DNA of 64,000 bases from an uncultured cyanobacterium. Its GTDB lineage: Bacteria; Cyanobacteriota; Cyanobacteriia; PCC-9006; JAAUQQ01. The position numbers were made by a program, and so were the translations under genes. The stretch covers positions 6,031,824-6,095,823 of the forward strand of contig OY970368.1 in the NCBI GenBank assembly GCA_963718615.1. The letters are read 5' to 3'. Positions within the stretch are counted from its first letter, which is position 1. Each line of letters starts with the position of its first letter. The notes under the pieces were generated by a model. The model saw nothing but the letters and a program-made list of their open reading frames with translations. It searched no databases and had not been told where the DNA came from. Shown piece by piece: positions 7,569 through 17,185 of this stretch.

Positions 7569-8177
7569 GGCTCGCAGGGCACTGCTGGTATTTTGTTCAC
7601 TGGCCCGTTGCATGGTTTCATGGATTAGAGTTTCTAGGAGAATTCCTGGGAAAAAACGACTATATTCCACGACCTGATAGCCATCATTTTGAAATTGATA
7701 AATCTTAAGCTGTTTCCGTTCATAAAGCCAAACCTCAGGCACACCGTAGGGCACATAATCTTCGATGTCGGTGTAGCTAGTAACATCAATTTCAATGACT
7801 AAGTCTGGTGGTGGTTCAGTCTCCCAATCAATGCGTTCTTTCCCCGCAACCGCAACCCAATGGTCAATATAAAAACAATAGTCCGGTTCCACACCTCGCA
7901 CTTCCGGCAAATCCATCGTGATGGGCGTAAAAGCTTCGTAGTCTTGACCTTGGTTGTCTAGCAGGGCGATCGCAACCATCGCAATTACATGAGCATCCCG
8001 GCCATGAACGGGTAACGGCGACATAAACAGAATTTCTCCGGGACGATATTTGATGCGGGGAAGTTGGCGATCGCCTAACCGGTGAACCAGCTCCTGATAG
8101 TCCTGCCAAGTTCCAGGGGTACGCAGGACCGTGCCTGGGGGTAAGTGAATCTGCTCGGGTGTGACAACTGCATACAT
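7539..8177 (-). CDS. Uma2-family (PD-(D/E)xK) endonuclease
   Basis: EPDYCFY, PPDLVIEID and GVPEVWLY motifs. Confidence 0.88.
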   Translation of the reverse strand: MYAVVTPEQIHLPPGTVLRTPGTWQDYQELVHRLGDRQLPRIKYRPGEILFMSPLPVHGRDAHVIAMVAIALLDNQGQDYEAFTPITMDLPEVRGVEPDYCFYIDHWVAVAGKERIDWETEPPPDLVIEIDVTSYTDIEDYVPYGVPEVWLYERKQLKIYQFQNDGYQVVEYSRFFPGILLETLIHETMQRASEQNTSSALRALRQQLQAGG

Positions 8178-8239
8178 GGGCCGGATCCTCTTCGCACAAA
8201 TAGCCTTGTGGGTTGTTCTGTTGTCTGTATTTTACAGTC

Positions 8240-9886
8240 CTATTTTAACGTTGCAGCGGCAAGGCGACAGGCGCGGGTCGTGATTGCCATCATGGTCAGT
8301 GTGGGACTTTGCCAACCGGAAGAAACCCAGCAAGCGCCATCGGTCACGAGCAAATTGGGTGCAGCCCAGCATTGATTTTGAGCATTCAGCACTGAGTTGC
8401 TAGGGGAACTCCCCATGGGGGCACCCCCCACCTCATGGATATAAAATCCTGGGGGGGCTGCAAAGGCCATGGTCTCTTCCATCCGATGAATATAACTGCC
8501 TAAAACAGGCACATGATAGAGGTCTGTGAGGGCCATGGATTCTCCGCCTGCGCGCTTGATAATTTCCTCAATTTGTTGATTCATATGCTTGAGCATGCGC
8601 TGTTCATTGTCGGACCAAGCACAGCTAATATGAGGGGTTGGAATGCCCCAAGCATCGGTGAGATGGGGATTGAGGTGCATGTAGTTTTCATAACGCGGCA
8701 AAACTTCTCCATGGGCGATCAAAAAGCCGATTGCTCCTTTGCCAACCTTGCGCAAAAAACCAGGCAAATCCGATCGCTGAATCCCGCCCCAGATGCCATA
8801 GCCCCGCAGAAACTCCTGATCTTGCTGTTTCAAATTACAAAAATTGGGAATAAAGAAACTTTCACTACCTGACAAATTAAAGGCTTGCTCTGGGGGTTCG
8901 ACGCCGGGGATAAAAAAGAATCGGCAGGTGGAAACATGGTCCATCAAATTGTGCCCCAGTAATCCTGATTCATCGACCCACCCTTCTGCTTGAAACGGCT
9001 GGGTGGAATGCAGAAGAATCCTGACGGATTCCAAGGTCGAGGCACAAAGAATCACTAGTTTTCCGAGGACTTCGTGACGCTGTTTCGTCTGGCGATCGAC
9101 AAAACAGACCCCCTGCGCTTTTTTATGATTGGGGTCATACAGGACATGACTCACGACGGCATTCGATTGCAGCGTAACCTGACCAGTGGCCAATGCAACT
9201 TTGAGCGCAGCCCCCTGGCTGGAGGAAGCGGGCCAAGGTTTCTCCGCCGTGGCTTGATGGAGCGGAAAGCCTCGGGAAGGAATGAGTTTGCGATCGGGCC
9301 ACCGTTGCTCAACCCTCTGTTTGAGCTGCTGTTCCGCCGGAGTTAAGGGAGCCGCCGTACGGTAGTGGCCATCGGGAAGTTGGGGAAGGCCGTTGCGATC
9401 GCCCTGCACCCCCAAAAACTGCTCCAATTCGCTGTAGTAAGGCGCTAGATCGGCATAGCCAATCGGCCAGTCCTGACCCTGGCGATCGCGACTCGCCGCC
9501 TTAAATTCATAGTCTGATAAACGCAGCGTAATTCCTCCCCAGGTCAGACTTTTCCCCCCCACTTGTCGACCCCGCATCCAGCAGTAGGGTTTGTCCGCAG
9601 GGGTGGTATAGGGATTCTCAATTTCGTCAGTAAACAGGTTAGGATTGGCCTTCCAGTAGCCGGGGTGGGCCGCCTGAATCGATTGCCGCTGGGTGACAAA
9701 AAGGTTAGACAGTCGCTGGGCCATGGCAACTGGACCGTTACGCAAATCGTTAGGCGTTACATCCCGTCCGGCTTCGAGTACCAAGACCATTAATCCCTCT
9801 TCGGCTAGGGTCTTAGCGGCAATCCCGCCCGTTGCGCCGGAGCCCACAATAATAGCGTCGTAAACTTGATTGATGGTCGAGTTCAT
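8240..9886 (-). CDS. GMC-family FAD oxidoreductase
   Basis: GSGATGG dinucleotide-binding motif, GGKSLTWG, HEVGGAPMG and SPTLTMMA. Confidence 0.9.
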   Translation of the reverse strand: MNSTINQVYDAIIVGSGATGGIAAKTLAEEGLMVLVLEAGRDVTPNDLRNGPVAMAQRLSNLFVTQRQSIQAAHPGYWKANPNLFTDEIENPYTTPADKPYCWMRGRQVGGKSLTWGGITLRLSDYEFKAASRDRQGQDWPIGYADLAPYYSELEQFLGVQGDRNGLPQLPDGHYRTAAPLTPAEQQLKQRVEQRWPDRKLIPSRGFPLHQATAEKPWPASSSQGAALKVALATGQVTLQSNAVVSHVLYDPNHKKAQGVCFVDRQTKQRHEVLGKLVILCASTLESVRILLHSTQPFQAEGWVDESGLLGHNLMDHVSTCRFFFIPGVEPPEQAFNLSGSESFFIPNFCNLKQQDQEFLRGYGIWGGIQRSDLPGFLRKVGKGAIGFLIAHGEVLPRYENYMHLNPHLTDAWGIPTPHISCAWSDNEQRMLKHMNQQIEEIIKRAGGESMALTDLYHVPVLGSYIHRMEETMAFAAPPGFYIHEVGGAPMGSSPSNSVLNAQNQCWAAPNLLVTDGACWVSSGWQSPTLTMMAITTRACRLAAATLK

Positions 9887-10494
9887 GGTTTGACTAGTCT
9901 AGTGTGGGTGTCATTGGGGGTGTGAATTGGGTGTGAATTGTGCAGTCGAATCAGGAAGCTATCCCGTCGATGAAAATCTGCTTCCGGACCTCGATGGTTT
10001 AAGGCCCAATAACTTAGATTCTCCTGGGAATCTTGAATAATAGTTGTAATTCCGACTGTAATTACATCACTGGGCTGAATGATGGGGTCGAGGTCAAGAT
10101 CAATCGAGAGTGTGAATGAGGTAGAGTCTACCCGTTGCACAGCAAAGGGTAAGCGAATCCAAGCCTTTTCTTCCTCCATACCCTGTCGATAGTCTTCAAA
10201 TCGGTAGATGTTCCAATGGCCAGCTGGTGAAAAGTTAAATTCCCAATAGCAAGGCCGATCTTCTAAACCGATAAAGAGCTCAAAACAAGTGCTTTGCCAA
10301 AGTTCATGGCGACGTTCGGGTGTTTTTGCCAGTGGTGGGATGGCGATCGCCCCTTGGAGATCATCTAAGTGATAGATAAGCGATACTCCCTGTTGCGTTC
10401 GTTCGATCCTGCCCTCTAGGGAAATTGCAGGAGCTGTCGCCGGGGCAAACGGCTTGAGGTCAAACGACTTGAGGTCAAACGTGTACGCATTCAT
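9883..10494 (-). CDS. DOMON-like domain protein
   Basis: LWQSTCFELF, YWEFNFSPAGHWN, YWALNH and DFHRRDSF motifs. Confidence 0.8.
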   Translation of the reverse strand: MNAYTFDLKSFDLKPFAPATAPAISLEGRIERTQQGVSLIYHLDDLQGAIAIPPLAKTPERRHELWQSTCFELFIGLEDRPCYWEFNFSPAGHWNIYRFEDYRQGMEEEKAWIRLPFAVQRVDSTSFTLSIDLDLDPIIQPSDVITVGITTIIQDSQENLSYWALNHRGPEADFHRRDSFLIRLHNSHPIHTPNDTHTRLVKP

Positions 10495-10502
10495 AGAATG
10501 GT

Positions 10503-11660
10503 TTAGACTAGCACCGGTTGGAGACTTTGAATTAATCGCTGAAGGGTTTGAGCCTGAGCTTCAATACTCTGCACGAGCTGAAACTGAACCATCGCCCTTG
10601 CTAAGTTATGCTCAGGATACTTAACCTTAAAATAACGATTTCCTGCTAAATAGTCAGTCAAAAATCGTAATCCTAACTCAAAGGTAATGAGCCGAATTGA
10701 ATCAAACAAATAATCGTAATCTCCAGGGGTCAAAAAGTTTTGTGCAACGGACAAGTATCCTCGCAAAATAGCCTCGGCTAAATCCAGTTCAAATCGAACC
10801 GCATCCAATGCGTCGGTTTCTTCCCCCAGGGGATTGCAGCCCGATCGCAAACAATCGCCAATGTCATAATGCACTAATCCTGGCTTCACCGTATCCAAAT
10901 CAATCATGCTAACGGCTTGACCTGTGGTTTTATCCAGCATGACGTTATTAATTTTGGGGTCACCATGCATCAATCGGAGCGGTAATGCGCCCGCTTCTTT
11001 GGCGATTTCTAAGAGAGGGGCGATCGCCCGCCGCTTTTCCACAAATTTCAAACAACTTTTCACTTCTGCCGTTTGTTTAACCTGACTTTGTTCAACCTGA
11101 CTTTGGGCCAATACCCGATCAAATTGGGCGAGATAGATCGGCGTAATATGAAATCCTGGCAGCGTATCGACTAAACGACTAGCCGGTAAATCGCTAATCA
11201 AATTGTGAAACATGCCCAAACCGTAGCCGATTTCCTGGGCATGGTGAGTATCTTGAATTGTGTCTAAGGTGTGGGACTGATCAATAAAGCTAAGGGCTCG
11301 CCAAAAGGACTGGTGAGTATCTTGATAATGATCCTGGTGCTGGCGGGTGAGCAACACTTGGGGGACTTCCCAGCGGCGGTTGTCGCTGAGCGGAGTGTAG
11401 GCGAGGCGATCGCGGACATGTTCAGTAAACACCCGCATATTTTGCATCACGCCTTGGGGATACTGAAAAATTTGAGTATTGATGCGCTGTAAAATGAAAT
11501 AGGGGTCTGGCGCACCATTGAGCAAGACCAAAAAAGTATCATTAATATTGCCGCTACCAAAGGGCTTAACCTGGGCAACAGAGCCTTGGGTTGCGAATTG
11601 GTTGGCGATCGCCTCTAGGGATTCTGGACATGATTCTGACCTTAATGCTGACTCGCTCAT
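10503..11660 (-). CDS. APH-superfamily phosphotransferase (N-acetylhexosamine 1-kinase-like)
   Basis: GSGNINDTF, ILQRIN, HGDPKINN, IDLDTVKPG and RFLTDYL motifs. Start 11660 fits the end of the upstream gene. Confidence 0.85.
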   Translation of the reverse strand: MSESALRSESCPESLEAIANQFATQGSVAQVKPFGSGNINDTFLVLLNGAPDPYFILQRINTQIFQYPQGVMQNMRVFTEHVRDRLAYTPLSDNRRWEVPQVLLTRQHQDHYQDTHQSFWRALSFIDQSHTLDTIQDTHHAQEIGYGLGMFHNLISDLPASRLVDTLPGFHITPIYLAQFDRVLAQSQVEQSQVKQTAEVKSCLKFVEKRRAIAPLLEIAKEAGALPLRLMHGDPKINNVMLDKTTGQAVSMIDLDTVKPGLVHYDIGDCLRSGCNPLGEETDALDAVRFELDLAEAILRGYLSVAQNFLTPGDYDYLFDSIRLITFELGLRFLTDYLAGNRYFKVKYPEHNLARAMVQFQLVQSIEAQAQTLQRLIQSLQPVLV

Positions 11661-11664
11661 AAAA

Positions 11665-11973
11665 CTATTGAAGGGCTCCCGACTGCCCGTACAGTTCATC
11701 CATTTTTTCCGCTAGGGCAACATCTAAATTACTGATGACATGCCCTAGGTCATAGGTGAGTAGCTCGACAGAAACCGTATCGTAGATATTTTGCCAAATG
11801 GGATGATGGCCCAGTTTCTCGGCTTCAATCCCGACTCGTACCATCCAGCCCATGGCTTCCACAAAATTGGCAAACTTAAATTGCTTGTGTAGTTTCCCTG
11901 CTTCAACAGTCCAGCCTGAAAGGCGAGCTAGGGCTGTTTGAATTTCTACAGAACTGAGTTGATATCCAGACAT
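11665..11973 (-). CDS. Pterin-4a-carbinolamine dehydratase (PhhB/PCD family)
   Basis: FKFANFVEAM, AEKLGHHP and LDVALAEKMD; 102 aa. Confidence 0.85.
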   Translation of the reverse strand: MSGYQLSSVEIQTALARLSGWTVEAGKLHKQFKFANFVEAMGWMVRVGIEAEKLGHHPIWQNIYDTVSVELLTYDLGHVISNLDVALAEKMDELYGQSGALQ

Positions 11974-12032
11974 TTCTGTTTCTCCAAGCGTAAGTCAACC
12001 GATGAGTTAGAGCCTTTTTGAGTTAGAGCCTT

Positions 12033-12794
12033 TTAGTTAGAGCCTTGATTAGGGCGATCGCCTTCTTGCCAAGTCAAGCAAAAAACATATCGCTCGGTGG
12101 CAATTTCGGGAAAGGCCTCCTCGGCAATTCTTTCGATCTTAAAGGTGTCTGGAATCTGGTCTAACAACTTCATGTCCCCCAAGGTGGAATAGGCTAAATA
12201 GGCTTCTCCATGGGTAGGCAAAAACCGAGATAAGTCTTGGATAAATCGCTGGAAAAGTTGCCCCCCTGGATCATTGGTTGTCTGCTCAACCCGATCGCCA
12301 ATGGGTTGTTGCAAAAGGGGGATATTAAATGTGATTAAGTCAAACTGCTGCTGAGGCACATGTTCAAACAAATCCGATTGAAAACAGTTTGGAAAAAAGC
12401 CATTGAGTAAAGCATTCACTCGGGCACACCAGACCGCTCCTCCATCAATATCGGAAAGCAACAGCCGTTTTGCATAACGGCCTAGCCCAATGCCAACAAC
12501 GCCTGAGCCACAGCCAAGATCCAAAATGACCGGCTTGGTCGAGCCATTGGATAAGGGATTGAGTAACCGACTGTGCTTGAGCACAGCATCGAGCAAGAAT
12601 AAACTGCTTGACCCTGGATCCGGGTGAAAAACCCCCGGCAACGCCAGCAAATTAAGGCCATGGGTTCGATAAAACGCAAAGGTTTTTTGCTTAGCCAGAA
12701 AGGCTTCGTGCATCTGCGCAAAATTCCCTGGCACCTGAGCAGGGGGCGTAGAGAGGTCTGCGGAGGAGGTCTCCTGGGGTTGAGAGCTATGCAC
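12033..12794 (-). CDS. Class I SAM methyltransferase (HemK/MTS-like)
   Basis: PGVFHP, ILDLGCGSG, SDLF and FDLITFNIP motifs. Confidence 0.8.
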   Translation of the reverse strand: MHSSQPQETSSADLSTPPAQVPGNFAQMHEAFLAKQKTFAFYRTHGLNLLALPGVFHPDPGSSSLFLLDAVLKHSRLLNPLSNGSTKPVILDLGCGSGVVGIGLGRYAKRLLLSDIDGGAVWCARVNALLNGFFPNCFQSDLFEHVPQQQFDLITFNIPLLQQPIGDRVEQTTNDPGGQLFQRFIQDLSRFLPTHGEAYLAYSTLGDMKLLDQIPDTFKIERIAEEAFPEIATERYVFCLTWQEGDRPNQGSN

Positions 12795-13184
12795 CTGAGT
12801 AAGGCCCTAAAACGGTCGCTCCCTACGATACCACGCGATCGCCCCCTGATTCTAGTTGTACTTAGGGCTGCACGGATAGTACTGCCCAAAGACTCAATCA
12901 AGAGGCTTGAAGTTTCTGTTGAAATTCCTGTTGAATTTAATCGAAGTTTAAATAGGTATTGCGGGACTAATGATTCTGAACTTGTTCTGAACTTGCTTCT
13001 AGGTTGTTTTAATTTCGAAACATATAGTCTCAGAATTATTTGAAATTTGCAAGGAGTCCATCAAATTTAATTTTTCCTTTGTCTGTAAACCATTACTTAA
13101 GGCATAAAAAGTAAGCTATGAACAGTTTCCTCAGGCTTGGCTCAACATCATATCTAATAGGTTAGAAACGCTATTAAGGTGTGA

Positions 13185-14738
13185 GTGAGTACTGTGAATT
13201 ATCTGAGATGGAAATTGCTGAGCGCACTTCCCTCGCTGCTTGGCCTGCTTGTTTTTCCTGTGGTGACCCAGGCCCAGGAACTAGATTCTTTGTCCCAAAT
13301 CAACCGCTATGCCCAAGAGGGGGCGGTTCAGGGACAGGTGACCTCGGTGTCTCAGCTTCGGGATGTTCAGCCAACTGATTGGGCCTTTCAGGCACTCCAG
13401 TCTTTGGTGGAGCGCTATGGCTGTATTGCGGGATATCCCGATGGTACCTATCGGGGCAACCGGGCCATGACTCGCTACGAGTTTGCAGCGGGGCTGAATG
13501 CCTGTCTCGATCGGGTCAATGAACTGATCGCCTCTGCAACTGCCGATTTGGTCACAGCGGAAGACTTAGCCGTCCTACAACGCTTACAAGAGGAGTTTCA
13601 AGCAGAACTGGCAACCTTGCGGGGGCGTGTGGATGCCCTGGAAGCCCGCACCGCTGAATTAGAAGCCAACCAGTTTTCAACGACAACAAAACTAAGAGGA
13701 ACGGTATTCTTTGATCTGGGTTCGGTCTTTGATGGCAAAGTTAATGGCGTTGATTCAGACGATGAAGTGACTCTGGGTGGGCGGGTCAATCTTGACCTTA
13801 ATACCAGCTTTACGGGTGAAGACCTGTTGACCATGCGACTCAAAGCTGCCAATATTCAGGGCTATAACAGTCGGTTTGGTGGCGTAGATGTTCCGGAAGC
13901 CGCCGTCGATTATCAAGCGGATACATCTAATACGTTTGTCTTGGATAACCTCTACTACAAGTTTCCCTTGGGCAAGGCTCAGATCTATGTTGGAGTCATT
14001 GACTTAGAAGCGGATGAGATCGCCCCCACGACGGGCAATTTGATGGGGGATGCAATTGGGGACTATTTCGGGACAAGCAATCCCATGTCCTATAACTTGG
14101 TAGCAGGCGCTGGAGCCGGGTTTAACTATCAGTTAACCGACGCGTTTAATGTGGCAGCCGCTTACTTGGCGAGCGAGGCCAATACGGCGGGTAAGGATGC
14201 CGGTTTGACCAGTGGCGACAATACGGTTTTTGGTCAGTTGACCTTTACCCCAGGCGATAAGCTGATTGTTGCTGCAACCTATAACCACGCTTACTACTCT
14301 GATACGGTCTCATTCGCCGCCACAAGTATCACGGGTGGCGAAGCTGGGGTGATTGATGTAGTGGGTCTGAATGCGGCCTATGCCCTCAGCTCCAAGCTGA
14401 CGCTTTCGGGCTGGGTGAGCTGGGGTTGGGCGGAATCCAAAAACAGCGACGCCGACGGCGAATTATTTAACTGGGCAGTCCTAGCAGGTTTCCCAGACCT
14501 ATTTCGCCAGGGCAACTATGGCGGTTTATCGGTTGGCAGCTATAGCCATGTTTCCGACGGGACTGGCATTTTTGTCGAGGCGGACGATGCCCCGCTGTTG
14601 GCCCAAGCTTTCTATCGCTTCAAAATGAGCGATAACATTTCCGTCCAGCCGGGTCTATTTTATATCGCTAACCCTTTGGGGTCTGACCAAAACGACAACA
14701 TCTGGATTGGTTCTTTACGGGGCCAATTCAGCTTCTAG
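13185..14738 (+). CDS. SLH-domain OprB/SomA-type cyanobacterial outer-membrane porin
   Basis: QVTSVSQLRDVQPTDWAFQALQSLVERYGCIAGYPDG, coiled coil, FSTTTKL and a C-terminal Phe. Confidence 0.92.
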   Translation: MSTVNYLRWKLLSALPSLLGLLVFPVVTQAQELDSLSQINRYAQEGAVQGQVTSVSQLRDVQPTDWAFQALQSLVERYGCIAGYPDGTYRGNRAMTRYEFAAGLNACLDRVNELIASATADLVTAEDLAVLQRLQEEFQAELATLRGRVDALEARTAELEANQFSTTTKLRGTVFFDLGSVFDGKVNGVDSDDEVTLGGRVNLDLNTSFTGEDLLTMRLKAANIQGYNSRFGGVDVPEAAVDYQADTSNTFVLDNLYYKFPLGKAQIYVGVIDLEADEIAPTTGNLMGDAIGDYFGTSNPMSYNLVAGAGAGFNYQLTDAFNVAAAYLASEANTAGKDAGLTSGDNTVFGQLTFTPGDKLIVAATYNHAYYSDTVSFAATSITGGEAGVIDVVGLNAAYALSSKLTLSGWVSWGWAESKNSDADGELFNWAVLAGFPDLFRQGNYGGLSVGSYSHVSDGTGIFVEADDAPLLAQAFYRFKMSDNISVQPGLFYIANPLGSDQNDNIWIGSLRGQFSF

Positions 14739-14783
14739 GCGATCGCTTTCCAAAACACCTTGAAAAAGGAACACACACCTCTA

Positions 14784-14810
14784 GGGAGCATCTCAATGCT
14801 CCCATTTTTT
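14784..14810 (+). terminator. Intrinsic terminator after porin
   Basis: GGGAGCAT-ctca-ATGCTCCC followed by ATTTTTT. Confidence 0.75.
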
Positions 14811-15065
14811 ATGAAAAACTTTATGAAAAACACTTTATGAAAAACTGAGCTGCATCCAAAAACTCAGGTCTACGGGCGCTGGGACCATGGGTCCCCGAGA
14901 ATCGAGAAATTGGACTAAAAGGAGATAGGCGATCGCCAACCCCAGGGAAATCGCACCGGTCACAATCGCGACAATTTTAGATCGATCCACTGATTTTCTT
15001 CCCGTCCTGCTAAAGTGCCTATCGTGATCTAAATCTATCGTTCTTACTTTAGTGGTTTTCGGCGA

Positions 15066-16052
15066 ATGGACGTGACCCCATCAGCTCCATCTCCCATCCC
15101 TCAGCCCGCGTCTGATTCCCCGATCGTGGTCCAGGTGAATGGGCTAGGTAAAGTCTACCGCACCGGTTTTTGGATGAACCGCCGGATCGAATCGCTCAAG
15201 GGGGTGAACCTGACGATCCACCAAGGCGAAACCTTCGGGCTCTTGGGACCCAATGGGGCGGGCAAGACGACGTTGCTCAAGCTGCTGCTGGGGATCTTGC
15301 GGCCCACCGCCGGTCAAGGACAGCTGCTAGGGGCTCGGCTGGGCGATCGCGCCACCCGAGAGCGCATCGGCTATCTGCCGGAAAATGCCTATTTCTACGA
15401 TTACCTGACGGGCTGGGAGTTTTTGCAATTCACGGCGGGGCTCTTCCGGATTCCAGCCAAGGTTCAACGCCAGCGGATTGTTCAGCTCTTAGACTTGGTA
15501 GGACTGGCCCAGTCTGCCGCCCGCAAAAAGCAAATGCGCCAGTATTCCAAGGGCATGCTCCAGCGGGTGGGGATGGCCCAGGCGTTGATTAATGATCCGG
15601 ACTTGGTCTTCCTGGATGAACCGATGTCTGGCTTGGATCCCTTGGGTCGAGTGCAGATTCGCGAAATCATTCAGGCACTCAAGGCCCAGGGGAAAACGAT
15701 TTTTTTCAATAGCCATGTGTTGGCGGATGTGGAGCAGATTTGCGATCGCGTCGCCATCCTCGCCCAGGGCGAACTGCTCTGCTTGGGCTCCCTCGACAGC
15801 CTACTAGGAACAACCAACACCTACCAGGTGCGCGGACGCGGCGGCAATCTAGAGCTCCTAAGCCAATGGGTCGTCAACCTGGAAGTCGAAGAAGACTACT
15901 GGCAAGGCCATCTGGAGAAAAAGCCCCAGGATTTTCTGGCTAGTCTGCAACTCATGGGCGGACAGTTGATTGCCATGCAGTTAGCTCGTCCCTCCCTCGA
16001 AGAATTTTTTGTCGAGCAGCTGCGTCAGCGCAATATTCATCACAGTACCTAG
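15066..16052 (+). CDS. ABC transporter ATP-binding protein
   Basis: GPNGAGKT Walker A, YSKGM signature and LDEP Walker B. Confidence 0.9.
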   Translation: MDVTPSAPSPIPQPASDSPIVVQVNGLGKVYRTGFWMNRRIESLKGVNLTIHQGETFGLLGPNGAGKTTLLKLLLGILRPTAGQGQLLGARLGDRATRERIGYLPENAYFYDYLTGWEFLQFTAGLFRIPAKVQRQRIVQLLDLVGLAQSAARKKQMRQYSKGMLQRVGMAQALINDPDLVFLDEPMSGLDPLGRVQIREIIQALKAQGKTIFFNSHVLADVEQICDRVAILAQGELLCLGSLDSLLGTTNTYQVRGRGGNLELLSQWVVNLEVEEDYWQGHLEKKPQDFLASLQLMGGQLIAMQLARPSLEEFFVEQLRQRNIHHST

Positions 16053-16090
16053 GGTGCCCAGGGCTAATTCCCTACCGTGTCAAGGCTCCC

Positions 16091-16105
16091 CTATGATTGC
16101 CATAG
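16091..16105. promoter_or_regulatory. Possible LysR T-N11-A operator (autoregulation)
   Basis: Dyad CTATgattgccATAG about 100 nt upstream of the LysR gene. Confidence 0.35.
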
Positions 16106-16207
16106 ACAAACACCAAGGTTTAGCATTACATTTTACTGTGTCAGCCTATAGGTTTAGCCGATCCCCCTGCGCCCATTCCCTAGAGCCTATCCCCCAGGAG
16201 GTCATCC

Positions 16208-17143
16208 TTGAAACCCGTTACACTCCACCAGTTAAGGGTTTTTGAAGCGGCTGCTCGACACAACAGTTTTACCCGAGCAGCGGAAGAGTTGTACCTCACC
16301 CAGCCGACGGTTTCCATCCAGGTGAAGCAACTCACCAAAGCCATTGGGTTACCCTTGTTTGAACAGGTGGGCAAAAAGCTGTTTCTCACCGATGCCGGCA
16401 AGGAGCTTTATAGCGCCAGCAAAGACGTCTTTGAGCGACTGGCCCAGCTTGAAATGACGGTGGCAGATCTCAAGGGCATGAAGCAAGGCCACCTGCGTCT
16501 GGCAGTGATCACCACCGCAAAATACTTTGTGCCCCGTCTCCTCGGACCCTTTTGTCGGCAGTACCCCGGCATCAACGTGTCACTACAGGTGACCAACCAT
16601 GAGGGTCTCTTGGAACGACTGAGTTCTAACTCCGATGATTTGTATATTTTGAGCCGTCCCCCCAGTGACCATGACTTTAAAGTTCAGGCCTTTCTAGATA
16701 ATCCCCTCGTGGTGGTTGCGCCGATGGATCATCCTCTGGTGGGGAAAAAGGCGATCGCCCTCCAAGACCTCGCCCACGAACCCTTCATCATGCGTGAACT
16801 GGGATCCGGCACCCGCGAAGCCGCAGAAAAGCTGTTTTCCACGGCTGGCGTCCAAATGGAGGTCAAACTCGACCTGGGCAGCAACGAAGCCATCAAACAG
16901 GCCATTCTCGGTGGTCTAGGACTCTCTGTTCTGTCCTACCACACCCTCACCTCCCTAGGCGAAACACCCCAGCTCACGGTTCTAGACGTCGAAGGCTTCC
17001 CGATTCATCGACAATGGCACCTCGTCCATCCCCAGGGCAAACAGCTCTCCGTCGTCGCCAAAACCTTCCGAGACTACCTGCTCTCCCAAAGCAAACAGCT
17101 CGCAGAAGAAATTAACCTTCCCACCGCCAAAACCAAAATTTAG
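16208..17143 (+). CDS. cmpR: CbbR-subfamily LysR regulator (CmpR/NdhR-like)
   Basis: TLHQLRVFEAAARHNSFTRAAEELYLTQPTVS, TTAKYFVPRLLG and SNEAIKQA. The cmpR versus ndhR assignment is tentative. Confidence 0.75.
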   Translation: MKPVTLHQLRVFEAAARHNSFTRAAEELYLTQPTVSIQVKQLTKAIGLPLFEQVGKKLFLTDAGKELYSASKDVFERLAQLEMTVADLKGMKQGHLRLAVITTAKYFVPRLLGPFCRQYPGINVSLQVTNHEGLLERLSSNSDDLYILSRPPSDHDFKVQAFLDNPLVVVAPMDHPLVGKKAIALQDLAHEPFIMRELGSGTREAAEKLFSTAGVQMEVKLDLGSNEAIKQAILGGLGLSVLSYHTLTSLGETPQLTVLDVEGFPIHRQWHLVHPQGKQLSVVAKTFRDYLLSQSKQLAEEINLPTAKTKI

Positions 17144-17185
17144 CGCCAGCCCCAAAACTCTAAAACTCCATCATCCCATTACCCA

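Noticed and set aside
12004-12046. AGTTAGAGCCTT x3; similar short tandems at 14806-14846, 22800-22860, 46271-46300 and 50375-50420
   Set aside because: Two to four copy slippage duplications at gene ends, with no evidence of function.
13084-13096. GTA..TAC palindromes upstream of the porin and gltB (46196-46207) as NtcA sites
   Set aside because: Spacing is N6, not the required N8.
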